Of a DNA stretch of 64,000 nucleotides, positions 31,201-46,764 are shown piece after piece; positions within the stretch are counted from its first letter, which is position 1, and each line of letters opens with the position of its first letter. Origin of the DNA: Auanema rhodensis (Eukaryota > Animalia > Nematoda); contig OZ059900.1 in NCBI GenBank assembly GCA_964057225.1, forward strand, positions 14,880,001 to 14,944,000, in the 5' to 3' direction. The notes below the pieces were generated by a model. That model was not told the origin of the DNA, searched no databases, and saw nothing but the letters and a program-made list of their open reading frames with translations. The position numbers and the translations under genes are program-made.

Positions 31201-34200
31201 AGTTTAAAACAACCTTTTTTCTAATAATTATCTTTTTAATTCGACTTTTGGAAGAAAACAAAAATAGCATAACATTCAATAACGATGAATCAGAACAAAA
31301 ACATTCTCCCCGGCCGGGAATTGAACCCGGGTCTCGCATGTGACAGACGCGGATACTCACCACTATACTACCGAGGATTGAATTTGCACTTAGAAACTTT
31401 CATTAAGAGTGTGAGTTTGAATTATAGTAGAAAAATGAAACACTGTCTCTAACATATCTTGATTTATGGCCTACTTTACTCAAAGAGCTAATTGAAGTTT
31501 GGTGTTAGAATGAACAATTGATTAACGCTGACGTACCATTTTTTTTCATCGTAATTGAGATAGAACATTTAAATTAAATGGAAATGTTTAAAAATTTAGA
31601 AAAAATCACAAGCTCAAATCACTTTTGAAAAAACAGAAAGTTTAAAACAACCTTTTTTCTAATAATTATCTTTTTAATTCGACTTTTGGAAGAAAACAAA
31701 AATAGCATAACATTCAATAACGATGAATCAGAACAAAAACATTCTCCCCGGCCGGGAATTGAACCCGGGTCTCGCATGTGACAGACGCGGATACTCACCA
31801 CTATACTACCGAGGATTGAATTTGCACTTAGAAACTTTCATTAAGAGTGTGAGTTTGAATTATAGTAGAAAAATGAAACACTGTCTCTAACATATCTTGA
31901 TTTATGGCCTACTTTACTCAAAGAGCTAATTGAAGTTTGGTGTTAGAATGAAGAATTGATTAACGCTGACGTTCCATTTTTTTTCATCGTAATTGAGATA
32001 GAACATTTAAATTAAATGGAAATGTTTAAAAATTTAGAAAAAATCACAAGCTCAAATCACTTTTGAAAAAACAGAAAGTTTAAAACAACCTTTTTTCTAA
32101 TAATTATCTTTTTAATTCGACTTTTGGAAGAAAACAAAAATAGCATAACATTCAATAACGATGAATCAGAACAAAAACATTCTCCCCGGCCGGGAATTGA
32201 ACCCGGGTCTCGCATGTGACAGACGCGGATACTCACCACTATACTACCGAGGATTGAATTTGCACTTAGAAACTTTCATTAAGAGTGTGAGTTTGAATTA
32301 TAGTAGAAAAATGAAACACTGTCTCTAACATATCTTGATTTATGGCCTACTTTACTCAAAGAGCTAATTGAAGTTTGGTGTTAGAATGAACAATTGATTA
32401 ACGCTGACGTACCATTTTTTTTCATCGTAATTGAGATAGAACATTTAAATTAAATGGAAATGTTTAAAAATTTAGAAAAAATCACAAGCTCAAATCACTT
32501 TTGAAAAAACAGAAAGTTTAAAACAACCTTTTTTCTAATAATTATCTTTTTAATTCGACTTTTGGAAGAAAACAAAAATAGCATAACATTCAATAACGAT
32601 GAATCAGAACAAAAACATTCTCCCCGGCCGGGAATTGAACCCGGGTCTCGCATGTGACAGACGCGGATACTCACCACTATACTACCGAGGATTGAATTTG
32701 CACTTAGAAACTTTCATTAAGAGTGTGAGTTTGAATTATAGTAGAAAAATGAAACACTGTCTCTAACATATCTTGATTTATGGCCTACTTTACTCAAAGA
32801 GCTAATTGAAGTTTGGTGTTAGAATGAAGAATTGATTAACGCTGACGTTCCATTTTTTTTCATCGTAATTGAGATAGAACATTTAAATTAAATGGAAATG
32901 TTTAAAAATTTAGAAAAAATCACAAGCTCAAATCACTTTTGAAAAAACAGAAAGTTTAAAACAACCTTTTTTCTAATAATTATCTTTTTAATTCGACTTT
33001 TGGAAGAAAACAAAAATAGCATAACATTCAATAACGATGAATCAGAACAAAAACATTCTCCCCGGCCGGGAATTGAACCCGGGTCTCGCATGTGACAGAC
33101 GCGGATACTCACCACTATACTACCGAGGATTGAATTTGCACTTATAAACTTTCATTAAGAGTGTGAGTTTGAATTATAGTAGAAAAATGAAACACTGTCT
33201 CTAACATATCTTGATTTATGGCCTACTTTACTCAAAGAGCTAATTGAAGTTTGGTGTTAGAATGAACAATTGATTAACGCTGACGTACCATTTTTTTTCA
33301 TCGTAATTGAGATAGAACATTTAAATTAAATGGAAATGTTTAAAAATTTAGAAAAAATCACAAGCTCAAATCACTTTTGAAAAAACAGAAAGTTTAAAAC
33401 AACCTTTTTTCTAATAATTATCTTTTTAATTCGACTTTTGTAAAAAAACAAAAATAGCATAACATTCAATAACGATGAATCAGAACAAAAACATTCTCCC
33501 CGGCCGGGAATTGAACCCGGGTCTCGCATGTGACAGACGCGGATACTCACCACTATACTATCGAGGATTGAATTTGCACTTAGAAACTTTCATTAAGAGT
33601 GTGAGTTTGAATTATAGTAGAAAAATGAAACACTGTCTCTAACATATCTTGATTTATGGCCTACTTTACTCAAAGAGCTAATTGAAGTTTGGTGTTAGAA
33701 TGAACAATTGATTAACGCTGACGTACCATTTTTTTTCATCGTAATTGAGATAGAACATTTAAATTAAATGGAAATGTTTAAAAATTTAGAAAAAATCACA
33801 AGCTCAAATCACTTTTGAAAAAACAGAAAGTTTAAAACAACCTTTTTTCTAATAATTATCTTTTTAATTCGACTTTTGGAAGAAAACAAAAATAGCATAA
33901 CATTCAATAACGATGAATCAGAACAAAAACATTCTCCCCGGCCGGGAATTGAACCCGGGTCTCGCATGTGACAGACGCGGATACTCACCACTATACTACC
34001 GAGGATTGAATTTGCACTTAGAAACTTTCATTAAGAGTGTGAGTTTGAATTATAGTAGAAAAATGAAACACTGTCTCTAACATATCTTGATTTATGGCCT
34101 ACTTTACTCAAAGAGCTAATTGAAGTTTGGTGTTAGAATGAAGAATTGATTAACGCTGACGTTCCATTTTTTTTCATCGTAATTGAGATAGAACATTTAA

Positions 34201-37200
34201 ATTAAATGGAAATGTTTAAAAATTTAGAAAAAATCACAAGCTCAAATCACTTTTGAAAAAACAGAAAGTTTAAAACAACCTTTTTTCTAATAATTATCTT
34301 TTTAATTCGACTTTTGGAAGAAAACAAAAATAGCATAACATTCAATAACGATGAATCAGAACAAAAACATTCTCCCCGGCCGGGAATTGAACCCGGGTCT
34401 CGCATGTGACAGACGCGGATACTCACCACTATACTACCGAGGATTGAATTTGCACTTAGAAACTTTCATTAAGAGTGTGAGTTTGAATTATAGTAGAAAA
34501 ATGAAACACTGTCTCTAACATATCTTGATTTATGGCCTACTTTACTCAAAGAGCTAATTGAAGTTTGGTGTTAGAATGAACAATTGATTAACGCTGACGT
34601 TCCATTTTTTTTCATCGTAATTGAGATAGAACATTTAAATTAAATGGAAATGTTTAAAAATTTAGAAAAAATCACAAGCTCAAATCACTTTTGAAAAAAC
34701 AGAAAGTTTAAAACAACCTTTTTTCTAATAATTATCTTTTTAATTCGACTTTTGGAAGAAAACAAAAATAGCATAACATTCAATAACGATGAATCAGAAC
34801 AAAAACATTCTCCCCGGCCGGGAATTGAACCCGGGTCTCGCATGTGACAGACGCGGATACTCACCACTATACTACCGAGGATTGAATTTGCACTTAGAAA
34901 CTTTCATTAAGAGTGTGAGTTTGAATTATAGTAGAAAAATGAAACACTGTCTCTAACATATCTTGATTTATGGCCTACTTTACTCAAAGAGCTAATTGAA
35001 GTTTGGTGTTAGAATGAACAATTGATTAACGCTGACGTACCATTTTTTTTCATCGTAATTGAGATAGAACATTTAAATTAAATGGAAATGTTTAAAAATT
35101 TAGAAAAAATCACAAGCTCAAATCACTTTTGAAAAAACAGAAAGTTTAAAACAACCTTTTTTCTAATAATTATCTTTTTAATTCGACTTTTGTAAAAAAA
35201 CAAAAATAGCATAACATTCAATAACGATGAATCAGAACAAAAACATTCTCCCCGGCCGGGAATTGAACCCGGGTCTCGCATGTGACAGACGCGGATACTC
35301 ACCACTATACTATCGAGGATTGAATTTGCACTTAGAAACTTTCATTAAGAGTGTGAGTTTGAATTATAGTAGAAAAATGAAACACTGTCTCTAACATATC
35401 TTGATTTATGGCCTACTTTACTCAAAGAGCTAATTGAAGTTTGGTGTTAGAATGAACAATTGATTAACGCTGACGTACCATTTTTTTTCATCGTAATTGA
35501 GATAGAACATTTAAATTAAATGGAAATGTTTAAAAATTTAGAAAAAATCACAAGCTCAAATCACTTTTGAAAAAACAGAAAGTTTAAAACAACCTTTTTT
35601 CTAATAATTATCTTTTTAATTCGACTTTTGGAAGAAAACAAAAATAGCATAACATTCAATAACGATGAATCAGAACAAAAACATTCTCCCCGGCCGGGAA
35701 TTGAACCCGGGTCTCGCATGTGACAGACGCGGATACTCACCACTATACTACCGAGGATTGAATTTGCACTTAGAAACTTTCATTAAGAGTGTGAGTTTGA
35801 ATTATAGTAGAAAAATGAAACACTGTCTCTAACATATCTTGATTTATGGCCTACTTTACTCAAAGAGCTAATTGAAGTTTGGTGTTAGAATGAAGAATTG
35901 ATTAACGCTGACGTTCCATTTTTTTTCATCGTAATTGAGATAGAACATTTAAATTAAATGGAAATGTTTAAAAATTTAGAAAAAATCACAAGCTCAAATC
36001 ACTTTTGAAAAAACAGAAAGTTTAAAACAACCTTTTTTCTAATAATTATCTTTTTAATTCGACTTTTGGAAGAAAACAAAAATAGCATAACATTCAATAA
36101 CGATGAATCAGAACAAAAACATTCTCCCCGGCCGGGAATTGAACCCGGGTCTCGCATGTGACAGACGCGGATACTCACCACTATACTACCGAGGATTGAA
36201 TTTGCACTTAGAAACTTTCATTAAGAGTGTGAGTTTGAATTATAGTAGAAAAATGAAACACTGTCTCTAACATATCTTGATTTATGGCCTACTTTACTCA
36301 AAGAGCTAATTGAAGTTTGGTGTTAGAATGAACAATTGATTAACGCTGACGTTCCATTTTTTTTCATCGTAATTGAGATAGAACATTTAAATTAAATGGA
36401 AATGTTTAAAAATTTAGAAAAAATCACAAGCTCAAATCACTTTTGAAAAAACAGAAAGTTTAAAACAACCTTTTTTCTAATAATTATCTTTTTAATTCGA
36501 CTTTTGGAAGAAAACAAAAATAGCATAACATTCAATAACGATGAATCAGAACAAAAACATTCTCCCCGGCCGGGAATTGAACCCGGGTCTCGCATGTGAC
36601 AGACGCGGATACTCACCACTATACTACCGAGGATTGAATTTGCACTTAGAAACTTTCATTAAGAGTGTGAGTTTGAATTATAGTAGAAAAATGAAACACT
36701 GTCTCTAACATATCTTGATTTATGGCCTACTTTACTCAAAGAGCTAATTGAAGTTTGGTGTTAGAATGAACAATTGATTAACGCTGACGTTTCAATTTTT
36801 TTCATCGTAATTGAGATAGAACATTTAAATTAAATGGAAATGTTTAAAAATTTAGAAAAAATCACAAGCTCAAATCACTTTTGAAAAAACAGAAAGTTTA
36901 AAACAACCTTTTTTCTAATAATTATCTTTTAAATTCGACTTTTGGAAGAAAACAAAAATAGCATAACATTCAATAACGATGAATCAGAACAAAAACATTC
37001 TCCCCGGCCGGGAATTGAACCCGGGTCTCGCATGTGACAGACGCGGATACTCACCACTATACTACCGAGGATTGAATTTGCACTTAGAAACTTTCATTAA
37101 GAGTGTGAGTTTGAATTATAGTAGAAAAATGAAACACTGTCTCTAACATATCTTGATTTATGGCCTACTTTACTCAAAGAGCTAATTGAAGTTTGGTGTT

Positions 37201-40200
37201 AGAATGAACAGTTGATTAACGCTGACGTACCATTTTTTTTTCATCGTAATTGAGATAGAACATTTAAATTAAATGGAAATGTTTAAAAATTTAGAAAAAA
37301 TCACAAGCTCAAATCACTTTTGAAAAAACAGAAAGTTTAAAACAACCTTTTTTCTAATAATTATCTTTTTAATTCGACTTTCGTAAAAAAACAAAAATAG
37401 CATAACATTCAATAACGATGAATCAGAACAAAAACATTCTCCCCGGCCGGGAATTGAACCCGGGTCTCGCATGTGACAGACGCGGATACTCACCACTATA
37501 CTACCGAGGATTGAATTTGCACTTAGAAACTTTCATTAAGAGTGTGAGTTTGAATTATAGTAGAAAAATGAAACACTGTCTCTAACATATCTTGATTTAT
37601 GGCCTACTTTACTCAAAGAGCTAATTGAAGTTTGGTGTTAGAATGAAGAATTGATTAACGCTGACGTTCCATTTTTTTTCATCGTAATTGAGATAGAACA
37701 TTTAAATTAAATGGAAATGTTTAAAAATTTAGAAAAAATCACAAGCTCAAATCACTTTTGAAAAAACAGAAAGTTTAAAACAACCTTTTTTCTAATAATT
37801 ATCTTTTTAATTCGACTTTTGGAAGAAAACAAAAATAGCATAACATTCAATAACGATGAATCAGAACAAAAACATTCTCCCCGGCCGGGAATTGAACCCG
37901 GGTCTCGCATGTGACAGACGCGGATACTCACCACTATACTACCGAGGATTGAGTTTGCACTTAGAAACTTTCATTAAGAGTGTGAGTTTGAATTATAGTA
38001 GAAAAATGAAACACTGTCTCTAACATATCTTGATTTATGGCCTACTTTACTCAAAGAGCTAATTGAAGTTTGGTGTTAGAATGAACAATTGATTAACGCT
38101 GACGTACCATTTTTTTTCATCGTAATTGAGATAGAACATTTAAATTAAATGGAAATGTTTAAAAATTTAGAAAAAATCACAAGCTCAAATCACTTTTGAA
38201 AAAACAGAAAGTTTAAAACAACCTTTTTTCTAATAATTATCTTTTTAATTCGACTTTTGTAAAAAAACAAAAATAGCATAACATTCAATAACGATGAATC
38301 AGAACAAAAACATTCTCCCCGGCCGGGAATTGAACCCGGGTCTCGCATGTGACAGACGCGGATACTCACCACTATACTATCGAGGATTGAATTTGCACTT
38401 AGAAACTTTCATTAAGAGTGTGAGTTTGAATTATAGTAGAAAAATGAAACACTGTCTCTAACATATCTTGATTTATGGCCTACTTTACTCAAAGAGCTAA
38501 TTGAAGTTTGGTGTTAGAATGAACAATTGATTAACGCTGACGTACCATTTTTTTTCATCGTAATTGAGATAGAACATTTAAATTAAATGGAAATGTTTAA
38601 AAATTTAGAAAAAATCACAAGCTCAAATCACTTTTGAAAAAACAGAAAGTTTAAAACAACCTTTTTTCTAATAATTATCTTTTTAATTCGACTTTTGGAA
38701 GAAAACAAAAATAGCATAACATTCAATAACGATGAATCAGAACAAAAACATTCTCCCCGGCCGGGAATTGAACCCGGGTCTCGCATGTGACAGACGCGGA
38801 TACTCACCACTATACTACCGAGGATTGAATTTGCACTTAGAAACTTTCATTAAGAGTGTGAGTTTGAATTATAGTAGAAAAATGAAACACTGTCTCTAAC
38901 ATATCTTGATTTATGGCCTACTTTACTCAAAGAGCTAATTGAAGTTTGGTGTTAGAATGAACAATTGATTAACGCTGACGTACCATTTTTTTTCATCGTA
39001 ATTGAGATAGAACATTTAAATTAAATGGAAATGTTTAAAAATTTAGAAAAAATCACAAGCTCAAATCACTTTTGAAAAAACAGAAAGTTTAAAACAACCT
39101 TTTTTCTAATAATTATCTTTTTAATTCGACTTTTGGAAGAAAACAAAAATAGCATAACATTCAATAACGATGAATCAGAACAAAAACATTCTCCCCGGCC
39201 GGGAATTGAACCCGGGTCTCGCATGTGACAGACGCGGATACTCACCACTATACTACCGAGGATTGAATTTGCACTTAGAAACTTTCATTAAGAGTGTGAG
39301 TTTGAATTATAGTAGAAAAATGAAACACTGTCTCTAACATATCTTGATTTATGGCCTACTTTACTCAAAGAGCTAATTGAAGTTTGGTGTTAGAATGAAG
39401 AATTGATTAACGCTGACGTTCCATTTTTTTTCATCGTAATTGAGATAGAACATTTAAATTAAATGGAAATGTTTAAAAATTTAGAAAAAATCACAAGCTC
39501 AAATCACTTTTGAAAAAACAGAAAGTTTAAAACAACCTTTTTTCTAATAATTATCTTTTTAATTCGACTTTCGTAAAAAAACAAAAATAGCATAACATTC
39601 AATAACGATGAATCAGAACAAAAACATTCTCCCCGGCCGGGAATTGAACCCGGGTCTCGCATGTGACAGACGCGGATACTCACCACTATACTACCGAGGA
39701 TTGAATTTGCACTTAGAAACTTTCATTAAGAGTGTGAGTTTGAATTATAGTAGAAAAATGAAACACTGTCTCTAACATATCTTGATTTATGGCCTACTTT
39801 ACTCAAAGAGCTAATTGAAGTTTGGTGTTAGAATGAACAATTGATTAACGCTGACGTACCATTTTTTTTCATCGTAATTGAGATAGAACATTTAAATTAA
39901 ATGGAAATGTTTAAAAATTTAGAAAAAATCACAAGCTCAAATCACTTTTGAAAAAACAGAAAGTTTAAAACAACCTTTTTTCTAATAATTATCTTTTTAA
40001 TTCGACTTTTGGAAGAAAACAAAAATAGCATAACATTCAATAACGATGAATCAGAACAAAAACATTCTCCCCGGCCGGGAATTGAACCCGGGTCTCGCAT
40101 GTGACAGACGCGGATACTCACCACTATACTACCGAGGATTGAATTTGCACTTAGAAACTTTCATTAAGAGTGTGAGTTTGAATTATAGTAGAAAAATGAA

Positions 40201-43200
40201 ACACTGTCTCTAACATATCTTGATTTATGGCCTACTTTACTCAAAGAGCTAATTGAAGTTTGGTGTTAGAATGAACAATTGATTAACGCTGACGTTCCAT
40301 TTTTTTTCATCGTAATTGAGATAGAACATTTAAATTAAATGGAAATGTTTAAAAATTTAGAAAAAATCACAAGCTCAAATCACTTTTGAAAAAACAGAAA
40401 GTTTAAAACAACCTTTTTTCTAATAATTATCTTTTTAATTCGACTTTTGGAAGAAAACAAAAATAGCATAACATTCAATAACGATGAATCAGAACAAAAA
40501 CATTCTCCCCGGCCGGGAATTGAACCCGGGTCTCGCATGTGACAGACGCGGATACTCACCACTATACTACCGAGGATTGAATTTGCACTTAGAAACTTTC
40601 ATTAAGAGTGTGAGTTTGAATTATAGTAGAAAAATGAAACACTGTCTCTAACATATCTTGATTTATGGCCTACTTTACTCAAAGAGCTAATTGAAGTTTG
40701 GTGTTAGAATGAACAATTGATTAACGCTGACGTTTCAATTTTTTTCATCGTAATTGAGATAGAACATTTAAATTAAATGGAAATGTTTAAAAATTTAGAA
40801 AAAATCACAAGCTCAAATCACTTTTGAAAAAACAGAAAGTTTAAAACAACCTTTTTTCTAATAATTATCTTTTAAATTCGACTTTTGGAAGAAAACAAAA
40901 ATAGCATAACATTCAATAACGATGAATCAGAACAAAAACATTCTCCCCGGCCGGGAATTGAACCCGGGTCTCGCATGTGACAGACGCGGATACTCACCAC
41001 TATACTACCGAGGATTGAATTTGCACTTAGAAACTTTCATTAAGAGTGTGAGTTTGAATTATAGTAGAAAAATGAAACACTGTCTCTAACATATCTTGAT
41101 TTATGGCCTACTTTACTCAAAGAGCTAATTGAAGTTTGGTGTTAGAATGAACAATTGATTAACGCTGACGTACCATTTTTTTCATCGTAATTGAGATAGA
41201 ACATTTAAATTAAATGGAAATGTTTAAAAATTTAGAAAAAATCACAAGCTCAAATCACTTTTGAAAAAACAGAAAGTTTAAAACAACCTTTTTTCTAATA
41301 ATTATCTTTTTAATTCGACTTTTGGAAGAAAACAAAAATAGCATAACATTCAATAACGATGAATCAGAACAAAAACATTCTCCCCGGCCGGGAATTGAAC
41401 CCGGGTCTCGCATGTGACAGACGCGGATACTCACCACTATACTACCGAGGATTGAATTTGCACTTAGAAACTTTCATTAAGAGTGTGAGTTTGAATTATA
41501 GTAGAAAAATGAAACACTGTCTCTAACATATCTTGATTTATGGCCTACTTTACTCAAAGAGCTAATTGAAGTTTGGTGTTAGAATGAACAATTGATTAAC
41601 GCTGACGTACCATTTTTTTTTCATCGTAATTGAGATAGAACATTTAAATTAAATGGAGATGTTTAAAAATTTAGAAAAAATCACAAGCTCAAATCACTTT
41701 TGAAAAAACAGAATGTTTAAAACAACCTTTTTTCTAATAATTATCTTTTTAATTCGACTTTCGTAAAAAAACAAAAATAGCATAACATTCAATAACGATG
41801 AATCAGAACAAAAACATTCTCCCCGGCCGGGAATTGAACCCGGGTCTCGCATGTGACAGACGCGGATACTCACCACTATACTACCGAGGATTGAATTTGC
41901 ACTTAGAAACTTTCATTAAGAGTGTGAGTTTGAATTATAGTAGAAAAATGAAACACTGTCTCTAACATATCTTGATTTATGGCCTACTTTACTCAAAGAG
42001 CTAATTGAAGTTTGGTGTTAGAATGAACAATTGATTAACGCTGACGTACCATTTTTTTTCATCGTAATTGAGATAGAACATTTAAATTAAATGGAAATGT
42101 TTAAAAATTTAGAAAAAATCACAAGCTCAAATCACTTTTGTAAAAACAGAAAGTTTAAAACAACCTTTTTTCTAATAATTATCTTTTTAATTCGACTTTT
42201 GGAAGAAAACAAAAATAGCATAACATTCAATAACGATGAATCAGAACAAAAACATTCTCCCCGGCCGGGAATTGAACCCGGGTCTCGCATGTGACAGACG
42301 CGGATACTCACCACTATACTACCGAGGATTGAATTTGCACTTAGAAACTTTCATTAAGAGTGTGAGTTTGAATTATAGTAGAAAAATGAAACACTGTCTC
42401 TAACATATCTTGATTTATGGCCTACTTTACTCAAAGAGCTAACTGAAGTTTGGTGTTAGAATGAACAATTGATTAACGCTGACGTTCCATTTTTTTTCAT
42501 CGTAATTGAGATAGAACATTTAAATTAAATGGAAATGTTTAAAAATTTAGAAAAAATCACAAGCTCAAATCACTTTTGAAAAAACAGAAAGTTTAAAACA
42601 ACCTTTTTTCTAATAATTATCTTTTTAATTCGACTTTTGGAAGAAAACAAAAATAGCATAACATTCAATAACGATGAATCAGAACAAAAACATTCTCCCC
42701 GGCCGGGAATTGAACCCGGGTCTCGCATGTGACAGACGCGGATACTCACCACTATACTACCGAGGATTGAATTTGCACTTAGAAACTTTCATTAAGAGTG
42801 TGAGTTTGAATTATAGTAGAAAAATGAAACACTGTCTCTAACATATCTTGATTTATGGCCTACTTTACTCAAAGAGCTAATTGAAGTTTGGTGTTAGAAT
42901 GAACAATTGATTAACGCTGACGTACCATTTTTTTTCATCGTAATTGAGATAGAACATTTAAATTAAATGGAAATGTTTAAAAATTTAGAAAAAATCACAA
43001 GCTCAAATCACTTTTGAAAAAACAGAAAGTTTAAAACAACCTTTTTTCTAATAATTATCTTTCTAATTCGACTTTTGTAAAAAAACAAAAATAGCATAAC
43101 ATTCAATAACGATGAATCAGAACAAAAACATTCTCCCCGGCCGGGAATTGAACCCGGGTCTCGCATGTGACAGACGCGGATACTCACCACTATACTATCG

Positions 43201-46164
43201 AGGATTGAATTTGCACTTAGAAACTTTCATTAAGAGTGTGAGTTTGAATTATAGTAGAAAAATGAAACACTGTCTCTAACATATCTTGATTTATGGCCTA
43301 CTTTACTCAAAGAGCTAATTGAAGTTTGGTGTTAGAATGAACAATTGATTAACGCTGACGTACCATTTTTTTTCATCGTAATTGAGATAGAACATTTAAA
43401 TTAAATGGAAGTGTTTAACAATTTAGAAAAAAAACACAAGCTCAAATCACTTTTGAAAAAACAGAAAGTTTAAAACAACCTTTTTTCTAATAATTATCTT
43501 TTTAATTCGACTTTTGGAAGAAAACAAAAATAGCATAACATTCAATAACGATGAATCAGAACAAAAACATTCTCCCCGGCCGGGAATTGAACCCGGGTCT
43601 CGCATGTGACAGACGCGGATACTCACCACTATACTACCGAGGATTGAATTTGCTCTTAGAAACTTTCATTAAGAGTGTGAGTTTGAATTATAGTAGAAAA
43701 ATGAAACACTGTCTCTAACATATCTTGATTTATGGCCTACTTTACTCAAAGAGCTAATTGAAGTTTGGTGTTAGAATGAAGAATTGATTAACGCTGACGT
43801 TCCATTTTTTTTCATCGTAATTGAGATAGAACATTTAAATTAAATGGAAATGTTTAAAAATTTAGAGAAAATCACAAGCTCAAATCACTTTTGAAAAAAC
43901 AGAAAGTTTAAAACAACCTTTTTTCTAATAATTATCTTTTTAATTCGACTTTTGGAAGAAAACAAAAATAGCATAACATTCAATAACGATGAATCAGAAC
44001 AAAAACATTCTCCCCGGCCGGGAATTGAACCCGGGTCTCGCATGTGACAGACGCGGATACTCACCACTATACTACCGAGGATTGAATTTGCACTTAGAAA
44101 CTTTCATTAAGAGTGTGAGTTTGAATTATAGTAGAAAAATGAAACACTGTCTCTAACATATCTTGATTTATGGCCTACTTTACTCAAAGAGCTAATTGAA
44201 GTTTGGTGTTAGAATGAACAATTGATTAACGCTGACGTACCATTTTTTTTCATCGTAATTGAGATAGAACATTTAAATTAAATGGAAATGTTTAAAAATT
44301 TAGAAAAAATCACAAGCTCAAATCACTTTTGAAAAAACAGAAAGTTTAAAACAACCTTTTTTCTAATAATTATCTTTTTAATTCGACTTTTGGAAGAAAA
44401 CAAAAATAGCATAACATTCAATAACGATGAATCAGAACAAAAACATTCTCCCCGGCCGGGAATTGAACCCGGGTCTCGCATGTGACAGACGCGGATACTC
44501 ACCACTATACTACCGAGGATTGAATTTGCACTTAGAAACTTTCATTAAGAGTGTGAGTTTGAATTATAGTAGAAAAATGAAACACTGTCTCTAACATATC
44601 TTGATTTATGGCCTACTTTACTCAAAGAGCTAATTGAAGTTTGGTGTTAGAATGAACAATTGATTAACGCTGACGTACCATTTTTTTTCATCGTAATTGA
44701 GATAGAACATTTAAATTAAATGGAAATGTTTAAAAATTTAGAAAAAATCACAAGCTCAAATCACTTTTGAAAAAACAGAAAGTTTAAAACAACCTTTTTT
44801 CTAATAATTATCTTTTTAATTCGACTTTTGTAAAAAAACAAAAATAGCATAACATTCAATAACGATGAATCAGAACAAAAACATTCTCCCCGGCCGGGAA
44901 TTGAACCCGGGTCTCGCATGTGACAGACGCGGATACTCACCACTATACTATCGAGGATTGAATTTGCACTTAGAAACTTTCATTAAGAGTGTGAGTTTGA
45001 ATTATAGTAGAAAAATGAAACACTGTCTCTAACATATCTTGATTTATGGCCTACTTTACTCAAAGAGCTAATTGAAGTTTGGTGTTAGAATGAACAATTG
45101 ATTAACGCTGACGTACCATTTTTTTTCATCGTAATTGAGATAGAACATTTAAATTAAATGGAAATGTTTAAAAATTTAGAAAAAATCACAAGCTCAAATC
45201 ACTTTTGAAAAAACAGAAAGTTTAAAACAACCTTTTTTCTAATAATTATCTTTTTAATTCGACTTTTGGAAGAAAACAAAAATAGCATAACATTCAATAA
45301 CGATGAATCAGAACAAAAACATTCTCCCCGGCCGGGAATTGAACCCGGGTCTCGCATGTGACAGACGCGGATACTCACCACTATACTACCGAGGATTGAA
45401 TTTGCACTTAGAAACTTTCATTAAGAGTGTGAGTTTGAATTATTTTAGAAAAATGAAACACTGTCTCTAACATATCTTGATTTATGGCCTACTTTACTCA
45501 AAGAGCTAATTGAAGTTTGGTGTTAGAATGAACAATTGATTAACGCTGACGTACCATTTTTTTTCATCGTAATTGAGATAGAACATTTAAATTAAATGGA
45601 AATGTTTAAAAATTTAGAAAAAATCACAAGCTCAAATCACTTTTGAAAAAACAGAAAGTTTAAAACAACCTTTTTTCTAATAATTATCTTTTTAATTCGA
45701 CTTTTGGAAGAAAACAAAAATAGCATAACATTCAATAACGATGAATCAGAACAAAAACATTCTCCCCGGCCGGGAATTGAACCCGGGTCTCGCATGTGAC
45801 AGACGCGGATACTCACCACTATACTACCGAGGATTGAATTTGCACTTAGAAACTTTCATTAAGAGTGTGAGTTTGAATTATAGTAGAAAAATGAAACACT
45901 GTCTCTAACATATCTTGATTTATGGCCTACTTTACTCAAAGAGCTAATTGAAGTTTGGTGTTAGAATGAAGAATTGATTAACGCTGACGTTCCATTTTTT
46001 TTCATCGTAATTGAGATAGAACATTTAAATTAAATGGAAATGTTTAAAAATTTAGAAAAAATCACAAGCTCAAATCACTTTTGAAAAAACAGAAAGTTTA
46101 AAACAACCTTTTTTCTAATAATTATCTTTTTAATTCGACTTTTGGAAGAAAACAAAAATAGCAT

Positions 46165-46581
46165 CGTTCCATTTAGATTCTCAATGGTTCCAAGTTGAGA
46201 GATCCAAACAGACTATGAGAAGATGAGTATGATTTTAAATATAAGTGTGTAATGTAAGGTGAAATAAGAAACAAGAGATCAAATATATAAAGGTTTATTG
46301 TTCGCATTATAATATAATTATACAAAGATTTAAGCTAGAGTTAAGAAAGAGAATATAAAGAAGATAAAGAGAAAGGAAGATAATAAGATAATGAGATGCC
46401 TGAGTCTTGAGGACTCAGGTTTATATATCCATACAACTCCTACTCAGTTTACACAAATTGTTACAAAGCTTATAAAAAGTGCATCTAGAATATTCTCAGA
46501 ATTGCTTAAAAACTATCTGCATTAGTTTAATAATAGCAGCTGCCATGGTCAGCTGCTTTCCTTTGAGATATGTATGTAACA
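46165..46581 (-). repeat. 3' LTR of Gypsy copy 2
   Basis: Direct repeat of 55392-55808. Confidence 0.96.
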
Positions 46582-46764
46582 TGCCCCAACGGATACAAGT
46601 CAGCTGACCTCAGCTGTTATATGCAAATAATAATTAAGAGAGAAAAATAAAAATTAAAAAAAAAATGGCATGAGATAAAGCAAATTTTTCAACAAACTAT
46701 TGATAAAGAGAAAAAATTTTAAGAGATAGAATTTTATAAATGATTTAAACCTTTCCTCTCTTCT

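Larger units (their letters stand above)
24754..46164 (-). repeat. tRNA-Asp tandem array, segment C (48 complete + 1 truncated copies)
   Basis: 438-bp period with occasional 1-bp indels; tRNAs from 25174-25245 to 45762-45833; highly homogeneous. Confidence 0.97.

Noticed and set aside
24754-46164. CRISPR-like repeat array
   Set aside because: Spacers are identical rather than unique, the unit is 438 bp, there are no cas genes and the context is eukaryotic
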